The translations under genes and the position numbers were made by a program. From positions 24,616,091 through 24,650,978 of the forward strand of contig NC_068994.1 of the NCBI RefSeq assembly GCF_001194135.2: a stretch of 34,888 nt of DNA, in the 5' to 3' direction. Position 1 is the stretch's first letter. Each line of letters starts with the position of its first letter. A model generated the notes under the pieces. That model was not told the origin of the DNA and ran no database searches. It was given only the letters and a program-made list of their open reading frames with translations. Origin of the DNA: Octopus bimaculoides (lineage: Eukaryota). Below are positions 23,230 through 34,888 of the stretch, one piece after another.

Positions 23230-24145
23230 GAACTCAAAATGGCTTCCAGATGCTAGACCTATATTTGTTAGTTCAGGTTATGTGGTGTTAAAACTACAGA
23301 GACAGCATCAGTTCTTTTCTTTATTTTGAGGCCTATGTGCTCGGATGAAATGGTGGAAAGCTGCTACACAGTGCACTCAGTGATATCAGTCCTGTGCACC
23401 TGATACCACACATGGATGGGTTGGCTGCTGCCATGGGCCTGTAGCCCAGTGGTTGCCCTGTGGAGCACCAACACATCAGCAGCATTAGATTAATATAAAT
23501 GTGGCTGTTGTCAATATGGGTGGAAGGATGAAATATTCTATGCTTATGAGAGGGGCTGCCTAGCATAAAGTGGTATATCTCAATTGTCAACTGTCAGCGG
23601 CTTCAAGTTCATCAACAGGGCATATCTCAGGTGACAACAATAAGATAGTTCATTCTTCTTGTTGATATAAATTGCAGGTTGGTAGAGTATATGTAGTCTC
23701 TTGTGGAGACAGCTGGAAATAATGAGTTCCAAGGAAGATGGCACCTGTCAATGACACTTCATTTGATATTTTGGAAGTCATTCTGATAATCACAGTCTTC
23801 AGAGGAAGCAGGATAGGGAGTTGAGCTTTCCTTATTTCTGTACCTGAAGGAATGCATATACTTTGTATAACTTCCCTAAAATTTATTGGCTATCATGTCC
23901 ATGCAGTGTTTTGTGATGCCATCAGATGATATGACATTATAGACTACAGCCTTTGAGAGGCAGGCTTCTCCTTGTGAGATTGTGAGCAGTTGTTAGGATT
24001 TCAGAAGTGACAGGTTGGGTTGTGAATTGGAGGCAGTGTAGTTGTGTGTTTGCATCTGATGTAGAGTGCAATGTTTCAAGCAATGTTTTCTAAGCAGGAT
24101 TAACTGACATTAACATTCTGTGGGTGAAGAGTTTATAATAACTAT
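23230..24145 (-). mobile_element. Penelope-like (Naiad-type, second family) 3' fragment: linker, GIY-YIG, 3' non-coding region
   Basis: Minus translation: YKLFTH..NVNVS*SCLENI, CHF*NPNNC..CLSKAVVYNVISSDGITKHCMDM, HSFRYRNKESST, NIK*SVIDRC..STRRMNYL, decayed. Confidence 0.75.
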
Positions 24146-24174
24146 GGCTCCTACATCAAACAGTGGGTCACCTT

Positions 24175-25321
24175 CCCTCTTTACCCATTAGGAATCATCA
24201 TGAACCAAGATTAACTTTCTAACATTCATTATGATTCATATGTTGAGGCTGCTGATTTTGATAAATTTCGTAGCAAGGTGTAAGGTCTCCATGAGAAGGT
24301 GTTTCAATATTGAAAGGTATCTCCAATGGGATTGTAGCATTAGAGTAATCGAATGGTTCTGCAACATCGAAAATATAGCAACCTGCTGGCTTACCCATTT
24401 CGAAATAATAGATTTCTACCCTTCAATATTGAAATCCTTCCCTATAAAGGCCTTAGACTTTGGCAGACAAATTCACCATAATCAATGATCTCAACAATAG
24501 AAAGGGAATCTTGGTTCAATGATCTCAACAACAGAAAGTGAATCTTGGTTCAAACTTATTCCAACTGAGTAGGGATGATGATCCACTGTTCAACATATCT
24601 ACAGAGAGTTATAATGGGGCTGAGATCACTGATCTCATCAGTTTATCAAAGAATTCTGCCAGCCTACAACAGTCACCACCAATTTGACAAAGGTCAACCT
24701 CTTGGATGTATCCTTAGACTTCAAGACAGACAAGTGCATACAGAAAGCCCTATAAGGAAATCACTTACATCCACTGATGCAGATACCCCAAACTTGAAGA
24801 GTGTAATGAAAAGAAAGATAATCAGGTTCAATCCTCCATGTAATCTAAAAGTTTACACCAATATAGCTTGGAGCTTCCTGGTGTTAATTAAAGAAAAAAC
24901 ATTTCCCTAGAACCCATAAGTACTAACTCTTCAATTCTCACAATGTTATGGTCAATTACTCCTGCTTAGACAAAATCACTTCAAACAATGCACACTATCA
25001 TAGGCCCAAACACACCTATGCAGCCTTCAATCCATGTTCCAATCTATAACTTTCAAAATCCTACCAGTTATCTACCGATGTGTTAGTGCTCCAGTGGGCA
25101 ACGAACAGGACATATGGGCTATCGGGTACAGTGGACTGATGTCCCTAAGTGCACCAAGCCACAGCTTGACACCAAGTAGCACCAGCTCTCTGCCGGCATC
25201 CTATCCAAGCAAGTAGGCCTAAGAATAAAGAAAGAACTGGGGTCACTTCTGCAGCTTTAACATCACATGAACTGAGGTGACCAATAGAGACCTAACAAAT
25301 AGAAGGCATTTTGAATCCCGT
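24175..25321 (+). mobile_element. Penelope-like (second family) internally deleted copy: RT N-part, thumb, linker, 3' non-coding region
   Basis: VIEWFCNIENIATCWLTHFEIIDFYPSILKSFPIKALDF, TKVNLLDVSLDF, KRKIIRFNPPCNLKVYTNIAWSFLVLIKEKTFP. The 3' part is homologous to 23235-23475 in reverse complement. Confidence 0.8.
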
Positions 25322-25453
25322 TACCCTATCTGATAGGATGGGTTTGTCATATGAGGTTATGAAAGTCATATGAAGCTGAATCAAACAGTTATTAAATAAT
25401 ATATGTAATATCAATCAAATATGTCAAGGGCTACTTTCTTTTGTCTGCTCACT

Positions 25454-25456
<3 letters not shown>

Positions 25457-25497
<41 letters not shown>

Positions 25498-25690
25498 AAT
25501 GTATATATTTGTGTGAGTGTATATGTATGTGTGTATGTATGTATATGTTTGTGTGTGTGTGTGTGTGTGTTTATGCATGTATGCATATATGTACATATGT
25601 ATGCATGCATGATGTATGTGTATTATGATGTATGTATGTATGTATGTATGTATGTATGTATGTATGTATTATGTATGTATGTATGAATGT
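25457..25690. repeat. Compound (TA)/(TG)/(TATG)n microsatellite
   Basis: Directly visible. Confidence 0.95.
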
Positions 25691-25694
25691 ATAG

Positions 25695-25766
25695 ATCCAG
25701 GAAGGCATGGGATGAGGTGGTGAAATATGATCTTTGGATGTTGAATCTCACAGAGGTGATGACAAG
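25695..25766 (+). mobile_element. RTE LINE C-terminal fragment cut by the Gypsy insertion
   Basis: PRKAWDEVVKYDLWMLNLTEVMTS, homologous to 6690-6760. Confidence 0.75.
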
Positions 25767-25966
25767 TTTTATATCCTAGCATTGGATAAATGATTTAACG
25801 AAGCAGTGGGAAAGAAAGTATTCACACAGCACAATATGATCAGTGTTACACGAGACTCAACGCTCTCTATCAATAGCTCACAGTGAACTGCTGACCGGTC
25901 TTTATTTCATAGTAATGGGTCAGTCCACTTTTAGTCACATTAGGTGGTTGGGATCCTTCCACAACA
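25767..25966 (-). repeat. 3' LTR of the Gypsy element (~200 bp)
   Basis: Starts TGTTGT immediately after the PPT; homologous to 29731-29862. Confidence 0.85.
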
Positions 25967-28900
25967 TCTCCCCTTTTTAGAATTAGTCTCCCTTAACCTC
26001 TCCCCTTTTGAGAATTAAACTCCACTTAAAGTTTTAATATCTCTTATGCTTAGAGTTCGATTCCAGTGTTTCCGTTCTTTTCTGTTTTCTGGTGCTAGAA
26101 CATGTCGTTTCAAATTGTTTGGGTATTGGTACTTCAAACATGTCATGCAATACTTCCATGAAGATTTCATTTCTCGTGATTGTTTTTTCCGTGAATCATT
26201 TTTTAAGTTGGTTAATATGTCTTTAATGTTCAACATTTCTTTCCTTTTATCAGGAATAACATTCTCCCAATTTGTTTAAAAATTACACTGTCCTCCCTAC
26301 TTTCTTTACTGCATCTATAGGTTTAAAAAAAAAACTTTGTCACCTAACTTGAAGAATTTTGAAATATTTTTGTTGTTCACCTCTTTTCTATTTTCACTCA
26401 GTATCAGCTTATCAAAGACAGATCTGATCTTTCTAGGAAGCATCAATTCTATGGGTGACATTTCAGATGGGGTATACGGTTTAGGTGTTGCTTGGTACAC
26501 TCTTAGAAATTGTTGAAGTGTAAGGTCGTCCTTTTTTAATGTCCTCTTGAAAGTGTCAACAAAACACTCCACTTGTCCACTTGGCCTGGGATGATAGGGC
26601 AGAGTAGTCGCATGTTCAGTAAAGAAACATTTTTTCAAAATTTTCTAAAGTAAGTTGAGTTCCATTATCAGACACAATGGTACCAGAAATACCATATCTG
26701 GAAAACAATTCATGTAAAAAACTTACTGTAGCTGTGGATGTCAGCTTTTTACACTTATGCACTTCAGGCCACTTTGAAAAACTTTCAACCACAACAAGGT
26801 AATATGAACCCTTAAGTGGACCTGCATAAACAACATGCAGTTGGGACCATGGAATACTGCCATCTAGTGATAGGTGCTTTTGCAGCTAGGGCATACCCTC
26901 TGCAAGCTTTCACTAATTCTTCAATGTCATGGTCCATTGTTGGCCAATATACATAACTTCTTATTAACGATTTCATTCTCAAAGTCTTTGGGTGACCAAT
27001 GTGAAATTCCTTAGCATGGCTGGCACTTTGACTCTTTGTGTGTACATCAACACACTGTCACATATTGAGAACGGGCTCGAATTTGTGTTATGTTCAGAAA
27101 ACCACATATTTTTATCTTTTAGCCTTCAGCAGTTCTTTCAGTTTTTTAATCAATTTATTGTTTTCTGATTTTATGTCTTGTAACGTGACTAGCATTTCAC
27201 ATATGACATTACACAAAACATTTTAAATTTCACTTTACGCTCGCAATGCAGCAATCATGGTATCTTCAAATGGTTCATAAACAATCAGCATGTCCTAATT
27301 TCTTGAATGGTATATACTCCATCTTAAAATCATAGTATTATAATATAGTACCCCCTACGTACCCATACCCCTATTAGCAGTATGGGTAGGGATTCCTTTC
27401 TTTGACCTATATATAGATAATAACAGACGATGATCAGTCTATAGTCAAACACTTCTACAGTGTAAAAATCTATGAAATGTTTTTATGGCAAAAATGATCA
27501 CTAGAGCCTCTTCTTTTGATTTGGCTGTAATTTTTTCTGTTGATATCAGAGAATGTAAAGCATGATCCACCACTTTCACGTTACAGTTTTTATATCTATG
27601 TAGCATTACTGCTCCTATACCATACTCAGAGGCACCTGAAGCTACTACAATCTCCACTGCAAGATCGATGTTAATATTTTTTTAAATTTCATCGAATGCC
27701 TTCTGACAATTTTCAAACCAATTCCACTTTACATCTTTTTTTAATAGATTATTTAGGGGAACCTAATGCATATTTGGAATATAATTTTGGTAATAATTTT
27801 CCAGTCTTGTAAGGTTGCTATATTTGTTGGAGGGGGCATATTTTTAATTGCATCTGCCTCGACTGGTTGACATCCATTTCTGTCAATGATTTGTCCTAAA
27901 TATTTTATTTTCAAAAAGTAAAATTCGCACTTTTCTTCATTCAAAGTAAAGTCATAATCTCTAACTTTTTTGAACACATATTTTACGTGCTGTATGTGTT
28001 GGTCCTGGGATTCACTTTTTGTGAGTATATCATCCAGATATGGAATTGCAAATTCACTGTCTGCTAACATCGTATCCATAATCTGTTGAAAAATTGCCAG
28101 TAACTTGTTGTATTTATACAGTCCTTTATGTGTGTTAATTGTTAGGTATTTAGAGCATTATCATCTACTCTAATTTGTAGGTACGTGTTAGAGAGATCCA
28201 ACTTCTTTCACTAAAATCCTTCCTATTACCTCCTTCATAATCCTGAAAAACATCATGACCATTGATCCAGCTGTTTGATTGTGAAGCGGGAATAGATAGA
28301 CAGACATAACCCCTATTATAGTAAGATGTCACTACCCATATCCAATTGTAACTTTACATTTGTGTTATTAATTTTTATTTACACAAATTTCTTTTGAGGC
28401 TCATTCATATTTATTGTCACTGATATCCTATTTACGTGGTTTTTTCTTTTGATCTGTTTTTCAGCTTTTGTTTTACAGTGTGACTTTTTATAACCTATCT
28501 TACTACACTTGAAGTATTTTATATTTTTAAATAGACAGTTACTTTTCAAATGTAGACCACTGCATCCATAGCATGAATTTGGTCTTCACATTTTTTAAAA
28601 ATTTTTCTTATCCATTACCAGTTGACATGCATGAATATGAGAACAATCTTTTCCTTCAATTTTATCTACATCATGTCTTAGATTTATAATCCTCTGGCAT
28701 TCTTCTGTTACTGCCCATAGAGTTAATTTTTGCTCCTCTTCTAATTTTATTAGTATCCAGGAATGTATATCTTGCAATGTTGCTTGCAGTAAGCCCTTGA
28801 ACAAAAATTAAATATTTGAACATGTTCAGGGTTAATTCATAGGTAATGAAATCTTCATCTTTTTCAACCAAATTTAAACATTGCCAGAAAATATTGAACA

Positions 28901-29120
28901 GAGAACTTCTTTCACTGAAAATTTTTGATAAAAATTAATTGTTTCATCGAAACAAATCTCACCTCACTTCTTTGACAGAATATAATTACTATATTTTTCG
29001 TGTTCAGCAGGGGATAACTTTCTTAAAAATAGTCATATTTTTTCTTGTCAGACCAATTTTTACATTCGTCTTTGAAGATTTCTTCGTATCTTCGAAAATA
29101 TGCAGAGAAGGTAATCCCTT

Positions 29121-29450
29121 ACAAAATTACTATTTTTAAATCTCACAACAAGAGATATTCAGTGACAGTACTTTGGAGTAAAGATTGTTTGCCAACATAA
29201 CATGGCAGTCCTGGTTTAGGATGAACGTTGCTGTAATTTAGCCCCAGGAGACATCATCTCCAGCTGGCTATACAACACGATCTGTGTCCTTATATTTTCA
29301 AGTGGGGTGCTAGATTCCTTTGTTTGAAAATATAAGGACACAGATCATGTTGATTAGCCAGCTGGAGACGATGTTTCCTGGGGCTAAATTACAGCAACAT
29401 TCATCCTAAACCAGGGCTACCATGTTATGTTGGCAACCAATCTTTACTCC
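29121..29450. mobile_element. 330-bp hairpin (fold-back/MITE-like) insertion with 12-bp TSD inside Gypsy gag
   Basis: Arms 29174-29301 and 29324-29451 (128 bp, 9 mismatches by manual alignment) with a 22-nt loop. AGGTAATCCCTT is duplicated at 29109-29120 and 29451-29462. Confidence 0.9.
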
Positions 29451-29730
29451 AGGTAATCCCTTCTTCTGGATTATAACTGAATTCTTCAATTGAGCTCGCT
29501 ACGCTGTCTGCTGAGTTTGAACCTGAAGTATTTTTGGATTTCTTCAACAGTAATTCCAGCAACTGTTGGTTTTGCTGTTGTTGCTGTTGTAGTTGCTGCT
29601 GTTGTTGGCTGTTGCTATTGCACCATGGAGGCCAATAAGGCTTCCATGTTAAATGATTTTTCTTTGGTTTTGTACCAAAAAAAAAAAAAATCTAAATGTC
29701 CAACGCAAGCTTCAAGCAACTCATTGCCAC

Positions 29731-29862
29731 TGTTATACCTTAGAGCTGGATAAATAATTTAATGAAGCAGGGGGAAAGAAAGTATTCACACAATGCAATA
29801 TGATTACTGTTACACAAGACTTATTGCTCTCTATCAACAGTTCACAGTGAACTACTTACCCT
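29731..29862 (-). repeat. 5' LTR of the Gypsy element, truncated by a SINE
   Basis: Ends ..GGTATAACA before the PBS-like sequence; shares gaagcag.gggaaagaaagtattcacac..ctctctatcaa..cacagtgaact with the 3' LTR. Confidence 0.8.
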
Positions 29863-29864
29863 GA

Positions 29865-29945
29865 ACTCTTTTACTCTTTTACACATTTCAGTGATTTGAC
29901 TGTGGCCATGCTGGAGCACTGCTTTTAGTCGAACAAATTGACCCC
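29865..29945 (-). mobile_element. SINE 3' fragment
   Basis: ctcttttactcttttac..gactgtggccatgctggagcactgcttttagtcgaacaaattgacccc. Confidence 0.8.
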
Positions 29946-30095
29946 TGTGCCAGTGAAACATAACAAGCAACTGGTACATTTTCAGTGTGGTTGGCATTAG
30001 GAAGGGAATCCAGCCTGGCTTACCAATTCCGTCTAACCCATGCCAGCATGGAAAACATGCTAAATAATGATGACAGTAATGATGATGATGATGCA
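29946..30095 (+). mobile_element. RTE 3' UTR end with (GAT)n tail
   Basis: ggttggcattaggaaggg.atccagc..ccgtctaacccatgccagcatggaaa..gatgatgatgatg resembles the other RTE tails. Confidence 0.75.
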
Positions 30096-31143
30096 TCTAT
30101 GTATGCGTGTACTTGGATGTGTCATGCCTGAACCACTTCCTGTTGATTCATTCTTATCACCATATGTCTCTTACTTACTGCCAAACTACATTTGACACCC
30201 TCACACATATTCCAACAACCTGTACCAATTCGTCATCTCGCTTTCTCTAATTCTGTTTCTAGTCTACTGTATTATTTTTATTTTGCTGCTCTTAACTCTT
30301 TCAGAACTGCCTAGTCTCTTCTACCTTCTCACCAACTCTTATTAATCATTCACCCCCACTTCACCCTTATTTAACATTCACCCATTCAGTATCTCCATCA
30401 CACCACCCCTATTCCGTCTCTAACCATCTTCAACTCTTCCCATACACTCTTGCAAACTATACCCACCAACCATCTTCTTTCACCCCCACTATCTCTTTTA
30501 GTCACTTTCTTGGGCTCTGTTGGCTAACCCTGAAACCTGGTTACTACCATCTTTATCTCTCTTTCCAGCTCCACCCAATTACTCCTACACACTTTTATGT
30601 AGTATGAGGTAGTCACATACCTTCTCTGCAACAAGAAACCTGCTCCTTCCTTCATACTTTAACATGAACACAACAAATATGCTATAATTATACCAAAGTA
30701 ACACTTTGAATAATAGAAGCTTTGTTCCTACCAGTGTCAACTGGATGTTGCTTACATCATAAGAATTTTAGAATAAAGCTTTTAAATGAATGGGGAATAT
30801 TCAAAAGATTTCTTGGGTATAATAGTACAACATATGTTCATAGATATTTTTCATTCAAGAGGTTTTTAAATCTAATATTCTATATGCTAGTAACTATATT
30901 TTTATCTACTTCGAGTTTCACTATTGAAAATGATTTATTTTATACTTAAAATTCTTATGGTGTTACAACAACATACAATTCTCATTAGAAAAAATAAAGC
31001 TGCTAAAATGAATGGTGAAAATTCAAAGTGTGGGTTTGATTTAATTGTAGCACATGTGTTTACAGATGTAGGTTTGAGTCCCACAAATAATTTTTTGATT
31101 TTTTTTCTATCCAAGAGATATTTAACCCAATATTCTACATATT

Positions 31144-31550
31144 GGAGTGACTATGTGGTAAGAAGCTTGCTTCCCAACCACATGGTTCTGGGTTCAGTCC
31201 CACTATGTGGCATCTTGAGCAAGTGTCTTCTACTATGGCCTCAGGCCAACCAAAGCCTTGTGAGTTGACTTGGAAGACAGAAACTGAAAGAAGCCCATCA
31301 TATATATATATATATATATATATGCATATATTTGTATGTATTTGTCTGTGTTTGTCCCCCCACTACCATCGCTTGACAACCGAAGTTGGTGTGTTTAAGT
31401 CCCTATAAAGTAGCAGTTTGGTAAAAGAGACTGATAGAATACATACTAGGCTTACTAAGAATAAGTCCTGGGGTCAATTTATTTGATTAAAGGCAGTGCT
31501 CCAGCATGGCTGCATTCAAATGAATGACTGAAACAAATAAAATAATAAAA
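31144..31550 (+). mobile_element. Near full-length cephalopod tRNA-derived SINE
   Basis: Head GGAGTGACTATGTGGTAAG, B-box-like GGTTCTGGGTTCAGTCC, internal (TA)n, A-rich tail. Confidence 0.92.
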
Positions 31551-31560
31551 CTAATTAAAT

Positions 31561-31602
31561 CATCATCATCATCGTTTAACGTCCGCTTTCCATGCTAGCA
31601 TG
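31561..31602 (-). mobile_element. RTE 3' tail running into an N-gap
   Basis: catcatcatcatcgtttaacgtccgctttccatgctagcatg is the exact reverse complement of the tail at ~5988-6029. Confidence 0.85.
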
Positions 31603-31702
31603 NNNNNNNNNNNNNNNNNNNNNNNNNNNNNNNNNNNNNNNNNNNNNNNNNNNNNNNNNNNNNNNNNNNNNNNNNNNNNNNNNNNNNNNNNNNNNNNNNN
31701 NN

Positions 31703-32530
31703 ATATTCTCTTTTTCACTGATCTTCAGCTCTATGTTAACATCTGCTGGGCAGCTAATTTCCACAACTGATGTAAATGTAAACTGTGCACAGTTTCTCTT
31801 CTCTACCCCAAATCATTATATCATGTCTGTTGTGCTTACACTTTATTGAGGTTTTCACTGGGACATTTCACCTGTACTCCTTTTTATAATGAGTGGCTAT
31901 GGTTTCTACCATACTGTGGGTTCTTATCTCTTTGTCCTCGGGGTTATCCTTCTGACAGGTTTCATTACAACATCCTGTCTCATTGGTAGATAATACTGTG
32001 ATGACATTTTCGGACAACTGCTTATGATGTGGATGATATCTCTGGTGTTAACTCCACAAAGTCTGCATCAGTTGTCATATTTTACTCTTTTCCTGTATCT
32101 CTATCCCTTTTGTGCATCAGGTACTTGGTTGATATTTCTTGTTCCTGGATTGCAAACACATACCCTTCAAAGTGGGAGGTAGTAATCTGGCTACTGGTCC
32201 ATGATAAACTGCTTTGATGATCAATGTTACTATCATCCTGGAGCTTTTTATTAACATATCCATGCATGGTCTTCTGCTGATATATGCTCATTCTTTCATC
32301 TGATGACATGTTGCGGTAGAGTTGCGAGACTTCTTTGGACATGTATTCTAGGTTATCAGACAAGGAATGTTGCTCAAAGAGCTGCCTTCCAAGTCTTATG
32401 ATGTTATCAACCTCATGTATGCAAACTTGGTTAAGGGATGCACTTCAACACTTGGTAGTTAAAAGATGTTGCCAAAAGAATATGATACAACATTCAAAGG
32501 CATTTTGGATTGATGTTAAGCCTCTGCCAC
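31703..32530 (-). mobile_element. RLE-type non-LTR retrotransposon fragment (R4/Dong-like): post-RT region, CCHC knuckle, restriction-like endonuclease
   Basis: TMHGYVNKKL..SLSW..TSHFEGYVFAIQEQEISTKYL, then CRLCGVNTRDIIHIISSCPKMSSQYYLPMRQDVV, then NVPVKT..HNRHDIMIW..VVEISCPADVNIELKISEKEN, running into a gap. Confidence 0.85.
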
Positions 32531-32619
32531 TTTGTTTTCACTTTAGATAGAGGTGGTCTACCTCACTGTTTATGTGGAAATTATATGTGCTTGTTAGTAT
32601 TTTTCGTGTGTTCACATGT

Positions 32620-32925
32620 TTGTATATATGTTTGTATGCATGTATGTATGTATATATGCAAGTATGTGTGTGTGTTTGTGTATGCATGTACATATGTGTG
32701 TGTGTGTTTATATATGCATGTATGTATGCTTGTATGTATGTTTGTATGCATGTATGTGTGTTTGTATGCATGTATGCATGTATGTATGGATGTTTGTATG
32801 CATGTATGTGTATGTGCTTGTGTGTGTATGTATGTACATATTTATGTATGTATGTGTTTATATAAGCATGCATGCATGTATGTATGTATGTATGTATGTA
32901 TGTATGTATGTATGCTTATATGTAT
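32620..32925. repeat. (TATG)/(TG)-rich compound microsatellite
   Basis: Directly visible; source of the VCMY-rich spurious ORFs. Confidence 0.95.
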
Positions 32926-32968
32926 CAGAGGTGTGTGGTGACTTTTGAGGTTGGTCATGCAATAAATA

Positions 32969-34206
32969 TGAGGTGCAGCTGAAAAGATTATAGGCTGATC
33001 AAAATACTCTCATGAAACGTAGCCAAATGTGGTTTATTTTTCAACATAGTCCACACTTGAGGTCCACACATCTCTTCCATTGGTGTTGCAGTGTTTGCAT
33101 CCCATTGGTGAAGAAGCTTTCGTCTTGTTGGTTAAGAAAGTCATCAACAGCAGATATGACGTCATAATCACTGTGATACTGGTTCCCAGCCAAGTGTTTT
33201 TTCATGGTGAGGAACAAATGGTAGTCAGATGGAGCCAAATCAGGAGAGTAGGGAGGGTGATCAACCAATTCAAAGCCACAGTCATGCACAGCAGACATGT
33301 GTGCTGGAGCAATGTCTTAATGAAAGGAAATCCCTTATGTTAGTTTTACTGGGTGTTTCGTAACTGCCTCAGTAAGTTGCATAGTACTCTCTATTGATGG
33401 TGTGGCTCTTTTGAAGATAATCAATAAACATGAAGCATTTTGATACCAAATAACTGTGGCCATCACCTTCCCTGCACATGAAATGACCTTTGATTTCTTT
33501 TGAGCAGGTGAGGAGGGATATTTTCACTGTAAAGACTGTCTCTTTGTCTTTGAACCTCACACCTCATCATGGATTAGGAAGCATTCAAACTAGCTGGATC
33601 TGCCTCAAACAATGTCAGATTTTCCCATCATGTGATCAGCCTGGTGTGCTTTCAATCAGGTGTTAGAAGATGGCACCCATCGAGCATAGACCTTCACCAT
33701 GCCAAGTTCATTGTGCAGATTATTCTCAACTCTCTCACGCAATATGCTAAAAATATTGACTATTTGATTTATAGTCAATTGCCTGTCATCCATTGCCATG
33801 TGGTGAACATGATCAATATTTTCTTCTGTGGTGACAGTTGCAGGACGTCCAGACCTTGGGTCATCTTCAAGACTCTCCCTCCCACTCCTAAATTCAGCTG
33901 CCCACTTTTGCACAGTTGATAAAACTGGGTTGTCATCTCATAGTGTAGCAACCATGTCAGCCTGAATGTCCTTGGGGGCTAAAGCCTTTTTCTGCAGCTA
34001 CTTGATAATAGCACAATGTCAAATTTTGTCCACTTTCAAGAGAAGTTGCTACTAGTTACTTCTGAAGTCTTCTTTAAACAGTCCAATGTCAGTTTACTTG
34101 AAAAGAAACAATGCATTTATTAATATGCAGAGTTGAAATGAATGCATGCAAGTTTTGTAGTGTCACTCCTTCATAGTCAGCCTATTATCTTTTCAGCCCA
34201 CCCTCG
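32969..34206 (-). mobile_element. Full-length mariner (DD34D) transposon, inactive
   Basis: ~30-bp TIRs (TGAGGTGCAGCTGAAAAGATTATAGGCTGA / reverse complement of the right end CGAGGGTGGGCTGAAAAGATAATAGGCTGA) and TA on both sides. Transposase remnants QKWAAEFRSGRESLEDDPRSGRP, ARWVP, HPPYSPDLAPSDYHLF with several stops. Confidence 0.95.
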
Positions 34207-34888
34207 TACTTAATGTTCTAGCATAGCTTCAATCAAATCATTGATGGAAATGTAACGCATTAAATTATTCACACTTTACTTTTAAAAATCTTGCATAGAA
34301 TACATAACATTTAGTTCATTCTGCACTTGTATTATGTCAAAAAACTACCATAAGTATTTTTAAAAAAATTTAAAGCATCCACTGGAAAATTTGCAATATT
34401 CCTCACTTTTGCTGAAATTGTGAAGTTTAATGAACTTATGCTCGTCTAAGAATGAGTATCATGTTTTTAATTGGTCAACAAAGTTTATTTTTGAGCACAG
34501 TTTCAATTTTTATCTATTTACTCTTTACTGTCGACACTTTTAGTCTGAAGGTTGTTAAATAAGACATCAGTGAAAGAAAATATGTCACTGAATACTTCTA
34601 ATAAAAATAAGAATTAAAAACATATAAGGACAAAGACAGGACGAAGGTTACAAAAGGTTTTGTCCGAAAAGGTAGGAAAGTTCGTCTAAGCAGAGGAAGA
34701 AAACGGAGAAAGATATAATAAATAAATAGATAAATAAATAGATAAATAAATAAGTAGAACTCCCAAATGGGGAGGCGCTTCGAAAAAGGAAAGGTTACAC
34801 GTGGAAAAACCCATAAAACCACGGGAGCCTGGTCAGAAAAAATAAGAAAGGGGCATAGAGCCCTTTCTCCTTTTACATTATCTTTTTT

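Larger units (their letters stand above)
25767..29862 (-). mobile_element. Ty3/Gypsy LTR retrotransposon, degraded (gag-protease-RT-RNase H-integrase)
   Basis: gag SIEEFSYNPEEGITFSAYFRRYEEIF (~29480-29050); protease-like LQLDMGSDI (~28330); RT PYLDDIL..EKCEF..IKYLGQII (27753-28079); RNase H ASEYGIGAV (27445-27657); integrase PYHPRPSGQVECFVDTFK (26315-26638). PBS-like TGGCAATGAG after the 5' LTR and PPT AAAAAGGGGAGA before the 3' LTR. Confidence 0.93.

Overview
AT-rich animal genomic DNA with several N-gaps and dense (TA)n/(TG)n/(TATG)n microsatellites. The SINE and RTE repertoire is typical of an octopus genome; the species assignment is inference from recalled repeat families, not a search result. 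Only one convincing host coding exon was found: a 153-nt phase-1/phase-1 exon on the minus strand (11966-12118). It encodes the first half of an Ig domain resembling the IGFBP7/KAZALD1-type C-terminal Ig, so most of the window is probably intron of that gene. The rest is decayed transposable elements: two families of GIY-YIG Penelope-like elements (Naiad-type), several RTE LINE pieces, a Gypsy LTR element, an R4-like RLE retroelement, maT/DD37D and mariner/DD34D transposons, a hAT-like end and tRNA-derived SINEs. No intact TE ORF is present. The most unusual aspect is the number of independent fold-back or inverted structures: an inverted Penelope 5' repeat, tail-to-tail RTEs, a twin-priming-like RTE inversion, a palindromic maT with two 3' TIRs, a head-to-head Penelope pair, and a 330-bp hairpin insertion with an exact 12-bp TSD. 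There is also an unexplained diverged ~360-bp tandem array next to the first Penelope element. I see no strong evidence for a new protein-coding system. Coordinates of decayed elements are approximate.
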